64,000 nt of DNA from Lama guanicoe (lineage: Eukaryota), in the NCBI GenBank assembly GCA_013239625.1, contig MU053557.1, forward strand, positions 5,901,842 through 5,965,841. The letters are read 5' to 3'. Numbering within the stretch: the stretch's first letter is position 1; each line of letters opens with the position of its first letter. This document shows positions 1-14,549 of the stretch, one piece after another. The translations under genes were made by a program, and so were the position numbers. The notes under the pieces are model-generated. The model did not search any database, was not told the origin of the DNA, and saw only the letters and a program-made list of their open reading frames with translations.

Positions 1-147
1 GTAATTATTTTTATAAATAGGAAGAAAAAAGTTATTCTAAAAAATTCAGGTAAGAAAACAGATCTATGAGTGGGCCTCTTGTATCAGCCAGCTGTGGTGT
101 GTGGTGTGTGTGTGGGGGTGGGGGTGTGTCACAAAATGATCACTCAC

Positions 148-245
148 TCAGGATCGTCCTGAAAGTCCTGGGGTTCTGCCAACTCATCATACTCTGCTGC
201 TGCGTCCTTGCCGGCTAAAACAAGCTCTTTGGGGGGCACCACCAC
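148..245 (-). CDS. DCTN4: DCTN4 exon 12 (98 nt; [33 protein letters not shown]); final exon lies outside the window
   Basis: Translation match; ctctccag| acceptor, GA|GTGAGT donor; constitutive exons sum to 1169 nt with no stop. Confidence 0.96.
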
Positions 246-1902
246 CTGGAGAGCAACACAGAGAGGCCTGCCTCAGAAGGGATCGCTGTATCGTAAAACA
301 GTCATTCAACGGAATACAGCCAAGTATTGCACCGACCTAGACATACAGAAGTAAAGCAGCAAGTTTCGAGAAACACAACTTTCTTTTACTTATAAAAAGC
401 TTAAAAACATGTTGTATAGGAATACAGACATTTCTAGTAAAAGAACAAGAACAAAGTAGTTTCAGGGAATGATAAAGTCAAATGAGTGCTTACTTCTTGG
501 GGGCTGCAAGGGGGAATTCAGGTGGGGAGGACATGGGGGCTTCAACTGTGTCTTTAATGTTTTATTACTTAAGGGGGTGGGAGTACATGGGTGTTTGCTA
601 CATCACTGTTTATATTTTGTGGTACATCTGAAATAGTTCCTCATTTTCTTTTTAAAAGGGAAAAACATGAAGGAGAAAGTGGCTCCAACATATTTTCTGA
701 AGCTGGGGATACTGGGTATGTTTACTGCCATGGGAAACAAGCATTCTTCAGACTTATCCTTATGTTGTAACCAGGCTTCAACTTTGCTGTGTTAGAGGTT
801 AATAGATAACATCATGAATCGCATTTCTAATTACATCTAATTTCATATCTAATTTATATCTAATTTCAGATATAAAGGTGGCTGGGGAGCTGTAAAGAGA
901 GAAACAGCAAATCCGTAAGTTGGGTATACTCATTAAACACTTACTTCTGTCTCTATCCTCACTGGCACAGGTCATTAGTGTTATTTAAAAAAGGAGCAAG
1001 GACAGATGAGTGTCATCTCTCTTGGGAAGTGATGCTAGTAAGTGAAATCATTAAAAAGCATAAGGGAAAAAAGAGATAAATTCTCTACTAAGGACTACTT
1101 GAATAACAGCTATTTAAAGATACAGGTATCCTTTCTACCATTTTTGTTATGAGTATTATGTTGAGTAAGCAGTAGATGGTCTATAGAGAAAAGTTCTTGA
1201 TCTATAATTTCAAGTACTAAATGAATCATGAAGTAGCAAAATGGAGAAAGGCCACATCTCATTCATTCCACTAACACTGAGAGTCAAAGTCACCTATTCT
1301 AACATGTAGTTAGTGCTATGTATATTCTATGTAAGCAGAGGGCGTTTAGTAAAGGCACGCTAACTTTAAAAAGGAAACGACACTTCCTTTGAGTCTTGAA
1401 TAATGAGTATGCACAGACAGAAAGAGAGGTGTGGGTACGTACGTCAGGGCAGTCGGGGTAGGAAGGAGGAATTCTAAATAAAACGAATGGAAAATGCATT
1501 TCTCCAGCATGAAAGTTTATGACCCACTGGATCTGCTTGGATCTCAACCATTAGTATGTACAACGTGGAGAATGCTAGATATGGGGGTCTCAGGGAAGAT
1601 AATCTCGGAAGAAAAGAGAGGTGAGGACAGTAAGGGGCTCTTCAGCTGTGCCAAAGAATTTAGACTTCATCCCAAAGTCAGAGGGACACCAAACAAGCAG
1701 CATGCCATCATCAAAGTTAGATTTTAGAAAGATCATCCTAAGGGCAAGACAGAAGATGGGCTGCAATGCAAAAGGCGGGGGGCACTAAAAACAGTCAGTC
1801 AGAAAGTTACTGTCACCTTCCAGGTAAGAAATGACGAGACCTTCAAAAAGGGCAGTGGCAATGTGTTTGCAGACAAAGTAAAAAACTTAAGAGGTGAAAT
1901 CA

Positions 1903-2157
<255 letters not shown>

Positions 2158-3095
2158 TCAGACATGTTCCACTGCTGCCACCTAGGTCCACTTTCTTAGA
2201 TGCTGATTTCACAAAATCCCCATCCACTCCGCCCTCCACCCCCCACCATTACTCTTGAGCACTAACACCCACCTATACTTCCATATCACTGCATTCTCAA
2301 AGTGCTCACCAACTCCTAGTCTAGTACTTATGTCAGGCTGTATACTCTCTGAAACTGCTGTTTCACTGGGGAAATGGAACAGATCCCATAGAAAGGGTCA
2401 GTCATTTGATCCAGAAATTCTGAAGAATATACATCATCCAAGTGACTGTTTAAAGTTTATGTTTCTTACCCTACCCAGGTTGCGACTTCAGGACTAAAAA
2501 TAAGGAAGCCCTCATAAATAAACCATGGGAGTCAAAGGCTAGCCAAGTGTATTAATAGAGAAAAAAATGGCACATTAAGACTGTAAAAGACTTAAGATTT
2601 TTTGAACCATAATTTGCCCTTGTTTGGTGTGCTCTTGAGATTAGCAAAAAAAAAAAAAAAAAAAAAATTTTAAAATGAACAGGGACTATAAAAATGTCTT
2701 TATGAGCAGCATGAAATAACAAAAGAGGCTGCAGCAGAATATTCTGTAATTATCTGGGAGGTCTTTATGGGAGATAAGGTCCTCAAAGAAGAAAGGGGCA
2801 GTGGCAAGAAGAAATCTGACTGACTCCTGGTATCTCATACATACACACAGACCAGATGGTACAGAACCTGGCTGGAGGAGAGCTGAAGATGCCCATGGGG
2901 TCTAACTTCTCCTTTCTTTCCCCATGATTCCCCCTCTGTGTAATGTGCACACTGCTCCTTTTGCATGTATTTCAAAGATGCTGTTGTCAAGAATCCCAGT
3001 TTAAAGACATTTAAAATCTCAATCCCTTTATTATTTCAAACTTTCTTGTTTTCTATCCTTGCTCATTGCATCCCATGCCAAATACACACAGCCAC

Positions 3096-3118
3096 CACAC
3101 ACACACACACACGCACAC
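3096..3118. repeat. (CA)n microsatellite
   Basis: cacacacacacacacacgcacac. Confidence 0.85.
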
Positions 3119-3165
3119 GTTCTTGACTAATCCTTTCTCTTCCTATTAATAAGCATGGTACTAAC

Positions 3166-3220
3166 CTTCATGTAGCGAAGGTTGGGAATTGACATGATTC
3201 TCACTTCTGGGATATAATTG
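3166..3220 (-). CDS. DCTN4: DCTN4 exon 10 (55 nt; NYIPEVRIMSIPNLRYMK)
   Basis: Translation match; gcatag| acceptor, AAG|GTTAGT donor. Confidence 0.96.
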
Positions 3221-4224
3221 CTATGCATGAATAAAAAAATGCATTAATGTTCACCAGAGTCTCTCAAAATTACCACTTTTTTTTTTTAAAGCTAGTGCAG
3301 CAAAGAAAGGATTTCTTCATGTTAACTAGAACATGTCAGAGAAAAAGAATTTTAAAGATTTGTATCACTTAAGAACTTAAGACGTGAAACCATACTGGTA
3401 ATGCACTCTTTCTGAAATCTTATGTATACCTCTAGTTTAGATCCTATATATGTGGGCATCATGGCACGTATCCTTCTTATATATGTATTTCTTATACATA
3501 TATATATATATAATTATATATATTTTAAAGATTTTATTAATTCATTTCCGTAAATCAGTAAGGCAGCTGATTACAACATCCAAGATTGATTTAACACATG
3601 GTAGGGGGTGTAAAAACACTACCACTTACTTACTTACCAAACACTTTTATATAGCACTGATTAAGTGCCAGGCAGTTTTTTAAGTACGTTACAAATACTG
3701 ACTCATGTAATCTTCACTTCAACTGCATAAGATAGATATTACCATTATCCTCATTACAAAGATGAAGAAACTAGGCTTGGGAGGGTAAACAGCTTGCTGG
3801 TAAGTGGCCAGAATTCAAACCTGGGCAGTCTGGTTCCAGGGTCCTTGCTCTTTACCACTGTTACGTTACATCTCTAAATAAGACCACAGAGTATCATACT
3901 TACATGTGCTTGTTCTGGACCCAGAACTGCCCAGGTTCAAACTACAGCTTAGCATTTATATACCAAGATGCTTCTTTGTAAAGAGTAAGGCAGGTATTTA
4001 CCTCTTTGTGTCTTAGCTTCCTCAATTATAAAATGAGGACAGTGAAAAGTATGTATATCTTGAGGTTACTGTGAAGAATAAATTAAATACATACAAAAGG
4101 CAACTGGAACAAACAGCACATATAAATATTACTGTACTTAGAGTAACATAAGACAAAACCTACGGCAGAAACACAGTAAGTGGGCGGAGGTCGGAGTGCA
4201 TCGTAGCATCGAGGCAGAAAGGTA

Positions 4225-4395
4225 TTTTAACTTCAGACTAAGTATTTTTCATGATTATCATGAATTATCACATCAGGATTACCTGAGTAACTTAATACAA
4301 ATTCAGGGGCTCCACTGTCAAGGATCTGGATTTAGCCAGTCTGATGTGTGGCCAGAGCATATGTATTAAGATTCGCAGGTGACTGCCATTATGCC
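4225..4395. mobile_element. MER5A-like DNA transposon remnant
   Basis: CACATCAGGATTACCTG...GGATCTGGATTTAGCCAGTCTG...GCAGGTGACT. Confidence 0.5.
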
Positions 4396-5989
4396 AAAAA
4401 ACAAGCACTTTTTTCAAAGCAAGCTTAAGAAATTGATGTGAAAAACATCTTGCCAGTCAGGATTTCTGTAACGAGCGTAATCCTTAATTAAGGAAGGAGT
4501 TCGTACCAGACTTCCCGTGCCATTTTTGTAGTCCTCGCCAGTCATGCTTTAAATAAGAGTAGTTAGGAAAACAACATACTGTATGGTGATTTTACATTTA
4601 CAAAGCATTTGTGAGCGTAACAGCTTGTTTGATCCTTCTCAACAACCGCAAGAGAGAGGCGGGACTGGTGTTATTCCCATTTCAGACGTGAGGGAAGTAA
4701 GTTTAGACAAATTCTGTAAGTGACAGAACCCATATCTGGCCCTCCTAGTTCTTTCCCCAACTCACCAGACCAGCACTTCTCTACCACCCTGACTGCCCGT
4801 GATTTCTTTTTAACTGTTGTATCATATTCTACACAAGAGTGTATCTCAATTTAATCAATTATTTGTTAATGGTTAATCAGCTTGACACTAAAATTGTTTC
4901 TAGCTTTTTTGCCATTAAAATGCTACAACACACATCCTTATAAATGTACCTTTATATATTGCTTCTGCTTCCATAGGAACAGATTCCTGAGACAGTATGA
5001 TCAGGTTAAAAGGTCTGTGTAATTTTGTTTTTGATACTCTGGGCCCCTCTCCAAAAGAAGACTAGCAATTTACAGCCTACCAATAATGTATGCAAGTCTG
5101 TTCACCCACATTCTTACAAGCACTCAATACCATTTATTACCCTTAAAATTTTTCCTATCAAGTGTCAGCATATTTCTGCATACTGACTGGCCATATGAAA
5201 TTTCTCCTCTGTGAGCTAACTGTTCAAATCCTTTGCCCCACCTCATCTCCCCCTCCCTGCCCATTCCAGGGATATTGAACTTTTATTTATCACGAAATAG
5301 CAAATATTCTTTCTCGTCCACTGCTATATTGTCTCAGGACGTTGTTGTCAATTTTGTTTTTTAAAACTCATATTCTTCTGCTAAGGTCAAAGCTGGCTAT
5401 TTTCCTTAGGGGTTTCTGAGCTTCCTACCTTACTTAGGAAGGGCTCTCTCACCCTAAAGTCAAGACAATAATTTCCTAATTTTTCTTGTTTGATAAGTCA
5501 GCTTCAAACACAAAATTCCAATCTACTGACAAGTTTTAGTGAGTTAACACTAATTTAACCACCTTATCCCACTCCACAAAGCGATACCAGAACACAGTTA
5601 AATAAAATGAACATTGTTACAGGCATATTCTTCAATCTGCTGTACTTTATTTTTTACTTTAATTTTTTTAATGATCATTCCCAAATTTAGGTAGTTTATC
5701 ATTTGTAATGGATGACTACTGACCCTCCAACTAACAACATACCATATGCTACAGACCACACTGTCACGTGTCCTTGATATAAACACCCTGGATTCTGTGT
5801 CTACAGAATTGCCTTAAACTTCCTGGTATGTGGTATGTACCTCAAAACCAAACAGGAACACAACAGCAAGGGTACTCTGACATAGTTTCTCTTCTTTTTT
5901 TTACGCTAACAGTAACCACATTTCACATCAGAAAAAACCCACAAAAGAACAATAACCCAAAACACGAATTGCAAAATACAAATACTCAC

Positions 5990-6063
5990 ACAGCTACCAG
6001 CTGGATTTTGAATTTAATAGATGTTGGGTTAAATTCCGGCTTGCTCAAATTATGTTCACATTT
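5990..6063 (-). CDS. DCTN4: DCTN4 exon 9 (74 nt; KCEHNLSKPEFNPTSIKFKIQLVAV)
   Basis: Translation match; tttttag| acceptor, GT|GTGAGT donor. Confidence 0.97.
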
Positions 6064-6649
6064 CTAAAAAAGAAAAAATACAATATGTATCAGAGAAAAA
6101 TAAGAACACACTCTGCTGATTTCAAGAGCTACTAAATTCAGAAGAATAGCATTTACTAAGAGTTTGGTTTCATTTTGCTCCAAGACCACAGATGTTTTGA
6201 AATAGTGTACTACTGATAACCAAGATATACAAAAAATGTTTGGGGCTTCTGGAAATAAGCAACTACACTATCAAATATTATAACCTTGTAGTGCTTCAAA
6301 ACTACTAAAATAATTAACACATACTGAGTACTTATGTAGATTTTGCTGAGTTTTCCTCTATACTAATTTTATTAGTCTTTTTTATTTCCTCTCTGCTAGC
6401 CTAAAAGATACGTATTCTTGGCTTAAGTGTATTTAAGCATCACATCAACTTTATTGAGGCAGGTGCCGGTACTATAATTATTATTGTCCCTATTTCACAG
6501 ATGATGAAAATGGGGCACAGGAAACGTAAATAATCTGTGTAAACTTCACAGAACCAATGAGACTTGGAGCAGGGATTTAAATCCAAGTAGTGTGAATCCA
6601 GATCTCATGTTTTAAAATACAGTAACACTTACTTTCTTGAATGGGCAAT

Positions 6650-8850
6650 ATATGTATGTGGCTAAAAAATATTTTTAACAGTACAAAAAGGGTACAGCGT
6701 AAAGATAACAGTTACCTATCCCACTGTTCATCTCCCCTGAGCCAACCAGTTTCTCACATGTTGTCTCACAGATGCCTATGCACGTAAAAGTATATGCATA
6801 CATCATCTTTCTTCTTCACAATAACACAAAACAGAACTTATTTTTTTTTCACTGAATCTATCTTGGAATTACATACCAGCATAGAAAGAAGTACCTCTGT
6901 CTTACCACAACGACTTCTATAACTTTTTTTAACCAGACCCAAAATGATGGATGTTTCCATGATTTTGCTACTACAAAAAATGCAGCAATGAGTAATCTTA
7001 TACACAAATCACTTCGCACATACATAAATCTATCTGTAGGATCATTTCCTAAAAGGGGTGCATGCATTTGTTATTTTGATGGACACTGCCAAACTGCTAA
7101 CTTTTGCCAACCTGCTGATTATGAAAAGGTTTCTCATTGTAGTTTTAAGCTACTTTTCCTGATTATTGCTGCATAAATTCAATTATCTTTTCTATTTATT
7201 GGGTACTGGGATTTCCTCTGCTGTAAACTGCTTCTTAGTAACTACTGGTTATTTTATACTGGGGTATCTCCTCTTTTCTGATTTGTTACAGTTCTTCACA
7301 TATTTTGGATACTAATTCTCCATTAATTATACCTTACAAATTACTTTTCCCAGTCTATGACCTATCTTCTCACTTCTTCGAGTCTTCTTTGGAGTAGAGG
7401 TACAACTTTTACTTTTAATGTGTCAAATATATAACTTTTTCCTTTATAGTTTGTGCTTATTTGTCTTACTTGTGGACTATACCCTTACCCAGAAGTCAAA
7501 AGATATTCTCCTACATTTCCTTCTAGAAGTTTCACTCTTCACATTTACTCTTTAAAGTCTCCAATGTTCCTGAAGTTGACTTTTGTGTATGTGGGAGGTA
7601 GAGACCCAGTTTTATGTTTTTTCATGTAATCATCTGACCTAGCAAAATTTCACAGGCTCTTCTTTCCCCAATGATCTGCAATGCCATATTAAGTAAAAAC
7701 AAGTTTCCTCACATGCATGAGTCAGTTTGCTTCCTCTAGTCTGTTCCAAGTCTGTAGTTTAACATACACAAGTATTTTTTGTTTATAAATACAATTATTT
7801 TCCCTCCTTTCTTACCCAGTAAGTTATGTACCTACTATGCACCCTGCTTTTTGCATTTAAAAATACATCCCAATTAGTAGACTCGTTTTTATAGATTTAC
7901 AGTACTCATTTGTGTGGATGAACCCTAATCTCTACATATTTTGATTTGTATTTGTAGAGATGTAGCTTCAGGGTAGACTCTTACAAGTGAGATCGATGGG
8001 TCGATATGACACTGATTGTTTGCCTGCTAGATCTGTCCACTGCTGAAAGAGCAATGTTGAAGTCTCCAACTGTGATAGTGGTTTCATCCATTTCTCCTTG
8101 CAGTTCTAACAGTTTTTGCCTCACATAGTTTGACACTCTATTGTTAGGCACATACATGTTAAAAACTGTTAATATCTTCTTGGAGAACTGACCCCTTTAC
8201 CTCTATGTAATACCCATCTTTATCCCTGGTAGCTGTCCTTGCTCTGAAGTCTGCTCTGTCTGAAATTAACATGGCTACCCTTGCTTTCTTTTGGTTAGTA
8301 TTAGCAGTCTATTTCTCTCCATTTACTTTTAATCTGCATGTGTCTTTATATTTAAACTGGGCTTTTCTTTTTAAAAAGATTTTTCATTATAGAAATCTTC
8401 TAACAAAATATCCAAAAATAGTAGTAGTATAAATCCCTAGGTACTCACCACCCAGCTTCAACAATTAGCAACTTGTTAGCAACAACGGCCAATCTTGTTT
8501 CATCTACACTCTTACCCACTCCCCGTGCCCGACTATTTTAAAACAAATGTCAGACATCATGTCATTTCATCCTTAAATATTTTGGTATGTATCTCTGAAA
8601 GATAAAGACATTCTTAAAAATAACAGTACCATTATTATCCCTAAAAAAAATAAATAATTCTTTTAGTAGCATAAAAAAATCCAGCCAGTGTTTAAAATTC
8701 CCGAAAGGTTTCATACATTTTTCTTTCCTTCCTCCCTCTTCCCCTTCTTCCCTTCCTCCCTTGGCCCCTTTCTATGTTTTGTTTGAATCAGGAATTGAAG
8801 CCTATACACTGTGTTTGATTGACAGGCCTCTTAAGTCTCTTCTAATCTAG
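6650..8850 (-). mobile_element. Cluster of old LINE-1 (L1M/L1ME-like) fragments in the DCTN4 intron between exons 8 and 9
   Basis: GATGGATGTTTCCATGATTTTGCTACTAC; GTTGAAGTCTCCAACTGTGATAGTGG and similar motifs. Confidence 0.65.
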
Positions 8851-9045
8851 TGCTGCGGTATTTGGTAACAGCGGCCACTAGTCACATGTAGTTATTTAAA
8901 TGCATTTCATCTTAGAAAGACTTAGGACTTCAGCTGCACTATCACATTTCAAGTGCTTAGTAGCCACATGTGACCAGTGGCTACATGCTGGACTGTGCAG
9001 ATACAGAGCAGTTCCATCATCACAGAATAGTTGGATAGTACTAAT
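8850..9045. mobile_element. MER3-like hAT-Charlie DNA transposon
   Basis: GGCCACTAGTCACATGTAG...CACATTTCAAGTGCTTAGTAGCCACATGTGACCAGTGGCTAC. Confidence 0.7.
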
Positions 9046-9445
9046 AGTTCCTTTTCCTTTTTTGTTCGTTTTTTTGTATTTGTTTCCTTTTACAATTTAT
9101 TGAAGAAACTCAGCTGTTCATTCCATAGATTCCCAGAGCCTGGATTTTTTCCCTTCTTTGTTTTCTTTTAGATTGATTATTTTTTATTACTTCTTGTTTC
9201 CTCTCTACTAGCCTAAAATCTTTATATTCTTTCACTAGTCTTTTAGAGGTTAGCAATATAAACTTAACCTTCAGAAACCTCCGTTTCCACACCTGTAAAA
9301 CAAGGATAACAACAGTACCTACCTCACTGAGTTATGAGGATTAAGTTTATCTTGAAATTTTTAAAATGGTATATTCTCTATAAGCATTTTCTATATTTAT
9401 CACATTCCAGAGGTTTTGATATTGACCAGACACCAATCATGTTTA

Positions 9446-9631
<186 letters not shown>

Positions 9632-9854
9632 TTAGTTTACAGTGACTTGCTCAAAATCAGACAATTATAAGAAATAACACCGACTTTGTGAACAGTGTTC
9701 TTCGAAAAACTGTAATACAGAAATTTGACAGACATTTTAAAATTTTTCAAATGATTATGTCTCTTTTACTTTCTACACGATTCATTCTACCACTAAAAAC
9801 TAGGACTTTAAAAATCCCAAATCATAAGGCATATAAGTAACAGAAGCAGGATCA

Positions 9855-10049
<195 letters not shown>

Positions 10050-10242
10050 TTATCTTCAAAGTCTATGATATCAGTAAATGAAGTACTCCTCTATTGTAGA
10101 ATATTCTTTCTGTTTGGGTCTTTTCTAAGTATGAGTATCTTCTTCCTCATCGGCAACTGTTATTTACTTGGAATCACATTCTTTCAATAACCACTTTAAT
10201 ACCTGCTTTTTGCCTAAAAGCCCATTTAATGCCCAAACTTAC

Positions 10243-10316
10243 GAAAGTCCAGCAAGGGTACTGATGGTTGTACCAGCTCGTGGTCGCTGAAGCCTGGTTC
10301 CAAGACCATATTTGTC
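10243..10316 (-). CDS. DCTN4: DCTN4 exon 6 (74 nt; DKYGLGTRLQRPRAGTTISTLAGLS)
   Basis: Translation match; gtttag| acceptor, TC|GTAAGT donor. Confidence 0.96.
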
Positions 10317-10709
10317 CTAAACAGAGTTCAGAGATTCCTATTAGAAATTCCACTTTTATATCTCCTCGATATCAAAATTAAAAATTTGGGGAGGGACAGC
10401 ATGAGAAGCTCAGGGAATAAGCAAAAAAAAAAAAAGCTACTTTGAAAGCTTCTTTTAAAGAAGAGTAGTTTGTAGCCCCACATCATCTTAGTTTTAAAAT
10501 AATAACAAAAGCACCAAACATGGAGATTGAAACTACATTAATACAGTGAAAATGAGCAAAATGTGACTTTTAACCTAAAAGTAGCTAAGCTATAGCTTAG
10601 ACTAGAACTATGTGGAGTATCCAAGACCCATGATGAACGTCTTCTCGGAATACGAGTGATCATCTGCTAACTTCCTCAGGGTCAGCAAGAATCATAAAAG
10701 AGAACTTAC

Positions 10710-10730
10710 CACTACATGAATAGTATGTTG
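10710..10730 (-). CDS. DCTN4: DCTN4 alternative 21-nt microexon (QHTIHVV)
   Basis: ccttcag|CAACATACTATTCATGTAGTG|GTAAGT; phase 0-0; matches the 7-aa insert of the long DCTN4 isoform as I recall it. Confidence 0.92.
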
Positions 10731-11888
10731 CTGAAGGCCCCAAAATAGCAGCAGGTTGCAACAGAGACAAAAAATGCAGCATAAGATAGAAGCAAACTCA
10801 TACAGCAGGCAGGTTTTATGGGAAAGTTGGAAGAATAATGCATTTAATTCAAATTCCTTTCAGAGATATGCTAGTGCGTACACTGATTATCCCACCGGAT
10901 GGTTCACAACATTCATTACGACTTCATTAGAAAGTCTTTGGCAACCGTGGATACTTTGCAAGTTTTAATGTTTTACTAAATTCTAAACTAGGTATTTTTA
11001 TATGGCCCTTACCAATTTTTAGGGTTTGAATGGCTTAACTCTCACGCAGAGGCAGTATGACAAGTTATTGAGCCTTTCCTCAAGTGTAAAATGGGGATGT
11101 ACCATCTACACAGGACTGTTGTGAGGACTGAACAAAGTACTACATGTAAAGTGTTAAGCACAGAGCCTGACATATCAACGCCATTTAGTAAACATTATTC
11201 ATTAAATGCCAATCTGCTTGGCTCCAAGTGAACACACAGAAAATTAATTGTTTTGTGAGAACAAGTAAAACTTGGGCAATAGCAAAAGCTCTAGATCCTA
11301 ATTTCTTGCTTCTGATTGGTAGTATACAAACCAGTAGAGAATGACTTTCATAAATAATTCCTATTAAAAACCACGCTTGCACATATTACTACTTATTTAA
11401 CAACAAAAATGCTCTGTATAAAAGTCAGTGTTTTTCATACAGAAGAACTATTGGAAGGTGCCAAAAAATTATAACTAAAGCTGGGAAACCACTACTACCA
11501 GGATGCCAAAGGTGGGTGGGCTGCAATGGGAAATATGGATAAAACCAACCATTTGCTCCTATTTTTCTGACTTTCTTTAATACCCAAGAGCTGTAAGTTT
11601 GCCTACAAAACTAAACAGTAGCCTCTTTGGGAAATAATCAAAAGAGAAAGGGGAGTGATGGAGAAAGAAACACAAATGTCCTTAAAACTCAAAGAATTCA
11701 AATAGAACTAATGATATGGCAAAAGCATAACCACTGGACTTGAACACCTATGGTCTGAGGAGCCTTTGCCTGCTAGCCATCAGTCAGGAATCTCGGGACA
11801 ATGGCCACTTTCTGAAATGTTCACTGTTCTTATAACACACAGGTCTTGATCAATGAACTCCAAACTCCTTTATGTACCAAGTCCTCAC

Positions 11889-11996
11889 CGAAAAAGCCAA
11901 AGGCATATAGTTTCTACGCCGTGCCAGTTTCTTGCGATCTCGCTCAACCTTCTCCTTCTGAGCAAGTTGCTGGTAATACTCAATCAATTTGTTCAT
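11889..11996 (-). CDS. DCTN4: DCTN4 exon 5 (108 nt; [36 protein letters not shown])
   Basis: Translation match; cttacag| acceptor, TCG|GTGAGG donor. Confidence 0.97.
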
Positions 11997-12394
11997 CTGT
12001 AAGAAATCAAGGACTCAGTATCTGTTTCATGAAAAAGCTAACAAGAAGCTTACAAAATTAATCAACTATACCAACTAGACACATAATGAACAGAAAAGAC
12101 AAATTAAGGTAGGCAAGTTTGCCCTTTTTTTCAGAGATTTTTTTTTCACTGTGTGATCTATTTTCAGAATTGAAATGGAATCTTCAAGTTCAACAACAGG
12201 AAGAAATGGGCAAAGAAAAAGCTTGAAAATTTCATGTTTTCTTCTCATGGCTCTTTTACTTCATTACTTCCCCTCACAACTGCTCCTACTTTTTCTGCAT
12301 GGCTACAGGACCATCTATTCCTAAGGATGTAATATTTCATACTCTATTTTCTCCCCCAGTCTATCACACATTTTCATTTTTAAAACACATTTTA

Positions 12395-12545
12395 GGGTGG
12401 GAGGGTATAGCTCAAAGTGGTAGAGCGCATGCTTAGCATGCACGAGGTCCTGGGTTCAATCCCCAGTACCTCCTCTAAAAAAAAAAAAGTAAATAAATAA
12501 ATAAACTTAATTACCCCTCCAAAATAAAAATAAATAAATAAATGA
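12395..12545 (+). mobile_element. tRNA-derived camelid-type SINE (Vic-1-like)
   Basis: GGGAGGGTATAGCTCAAAGTGGTAGAGCG...GGGTTCAATCCCCAGTACCTCC with A/B boxes, A-rich linker, CTTAATTACCCCTCC segment and A-rich tail. Confidence 0.85.
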
Positions 12546-14267
12546 AACCCTAAAAAAATACATCAAAAAATTTTTAATCATAAAAGCAATCTGATAATTG
12601 TGAAAAGTTCAAACAATATACAAACATAAAGATTAAAAAGTAAAATTTATCTTTTATCTCTTGTGCCTAAGACCAGCCTTCCTCTCACCAGAGGTATCCA
12701 CCATTATAGCTTAGATATCTTTCTTACACTTACAGATACAAGTATGATATATTTTGCATACATTTTTAAAAAATCCACGTATAGATGTATAGCTTTTATG
12801 TGTATAAAAATACATGTATTTTTATTTTTCATATAAGGAAAAAACTTTGTTTTAAAACTTTTTCACTTGAAGTATCATAAACTTTTCATTCAGTACAAAA
12901 CTTCATTCTCTTTACAGGCTGCATCTTATTACCTGGTACAGATGTCCTAAAGGCATTTAACCATTTCCTCTGAGAGCACTTAAATGGTCTCCTGGTACCC
13001 ACTCTTGTAAATAATTACTTTTCAATTCACCAGTATTTATTTTTCAGAAGCACTAATCTGATTCTGTCAGCTTCTCACTTAAAACCTTTAAGGGCTTCGC
13101 AAATTGCTTCCTGGTCCACACTTTTCTGCACGGTCTGACCCCAAATCCTTCTCTCCATTCACCTATTGCTATGCTCCACTCCGGCACACTTGCCCTCTTG
13201 TCTATGACGTGCTATGCTTCGTCCACTCACAAGCTCCTTCCCTATGCTGTCCAACACCCTGAATTCTTTTCCTTCTGTGCCTGCCATCCTCAGGTCCTAG
13301 TGCAAGCCTTAGACGTGGACCTAACTGGTTGAAACTCCCCCTAATAAATGCTCACATGTATAATTTATCACGCTTTCGTATCACTTAGAGTCTTTTCCGT
13401 ATCTGGGGAACATATGATTGTTTTCCCATTAGACTTCAGTTTTACGACGGTAAGGACCATGTATTACTAGTGTTCAGTATCACCCCTGGCACAGAGTATG
13501 GAGCACATGTTTGATAATCCCATGTATATATATGTATTTTTCTGTGTGTCTGCATAAGTACAAGTATTTCTGTAGGTCACAGTCCAGGAAGTAGATACTG
13601 CTGAGAGCTTAAGAAATCTATTAATTTACACTAACAATAGTATGGTTGTTAAAAGGTCCAATTCCCTACATTCCCATCCAGGATATTTTCAGTATTTCCA
13701 ATTTTTGCTGATATCATAAGTGAATAATTATAAGTTACTGTTTAGTTTGCAGTTTGATTATACAACTCACTTTGATTACAGTTCATCATCTTTCTCATAG
13801 TCCATTTCCAGGGGCAACAAAATCAGTTCTGACGTATAGTACACAGATCAATTCACTGTGAACTACTAGGATGTCCACATCATGATTCTATAGGCAACCA
13901 CTACTGAGTCCAAGGGTGTCTTCTAAATTAGTGTTGTTTCGAGGAGTTAAGATGTCTGTATGTCGATGACATTTCTGAGAACAAATGGACCCTTAACTTA
14001 GTTGGTGGGTACGTGAAAAGCAAAAACATATCGTTTCCTTTTCCCAGTCAGAACTAAAATTACACCTAAGTTTCTCTATTAACTTAAGTCAGATAGGTAA
14101 AACTGTTATTGTGATTTAATGTCTTACAACAAGAAACACTTTCTAAGGGTAAAGGACATCAAAATATACATCATGGATTTATAAGCATAAGCCATATTCA
14201 CTGATAAAATGATCTTTTTCTTCCTCTTTTTCTTATTTCATCCTCTCTGTGATGACCCTTTACTTAC

Positions 14268-14311
14268 CCGTTGCGTGTGAGGATTTTCAGGTTCCTGCCA
14301 ACCACCACTAG
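14268..14311 (-). CDS. DCTN4: DCTN4 exon 4 (44 nt; ASGGWQEPENPHTQR)
   Basis: Translation match; ttttgcag| acceptor, CGG|GTAAGT donor. Confidence 0.96.
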
Positions 14312-14549
14312 CTGCAAAATAAAGGAATATTAAACAAGATGTTCATAATCTGATAATTTCATTTTCATGAAAACAGGTCATCTGCAGGTCACAAAAATAA
14401 AACTTAAAAACACAAAATCACACAATTTCCAAGAAGGAGCCCAAGAAATTATATAGACCAGAGTACTCAGAATAAAAAAAAAATTTTTTTTAAATATAAT
14501 GATGGTGATAGTAACAACCACCACCACAACCACCACTACAACACACGTA

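Noticed and set aside
825..872. Short tandem (ATCTAATTTCAT-like) repeat
   Set aside because: Three to four degenerate AT-rich units with no spacers; ordinary slippage, not CRISPR-like
2174..2191. CTCF-like motif (minus strand GACCTAGGTGGCAG)
   Set aside because: The 5' half is mismatched, and it cannot be supported without a PWM score or ChIP data
12399..12475. Possible tRNA-Ala genes (this and eight similar copies)
   Set aside because: They have SINE tails and TSDs and diverge from each other, so they are SINEs, not tRNA genes
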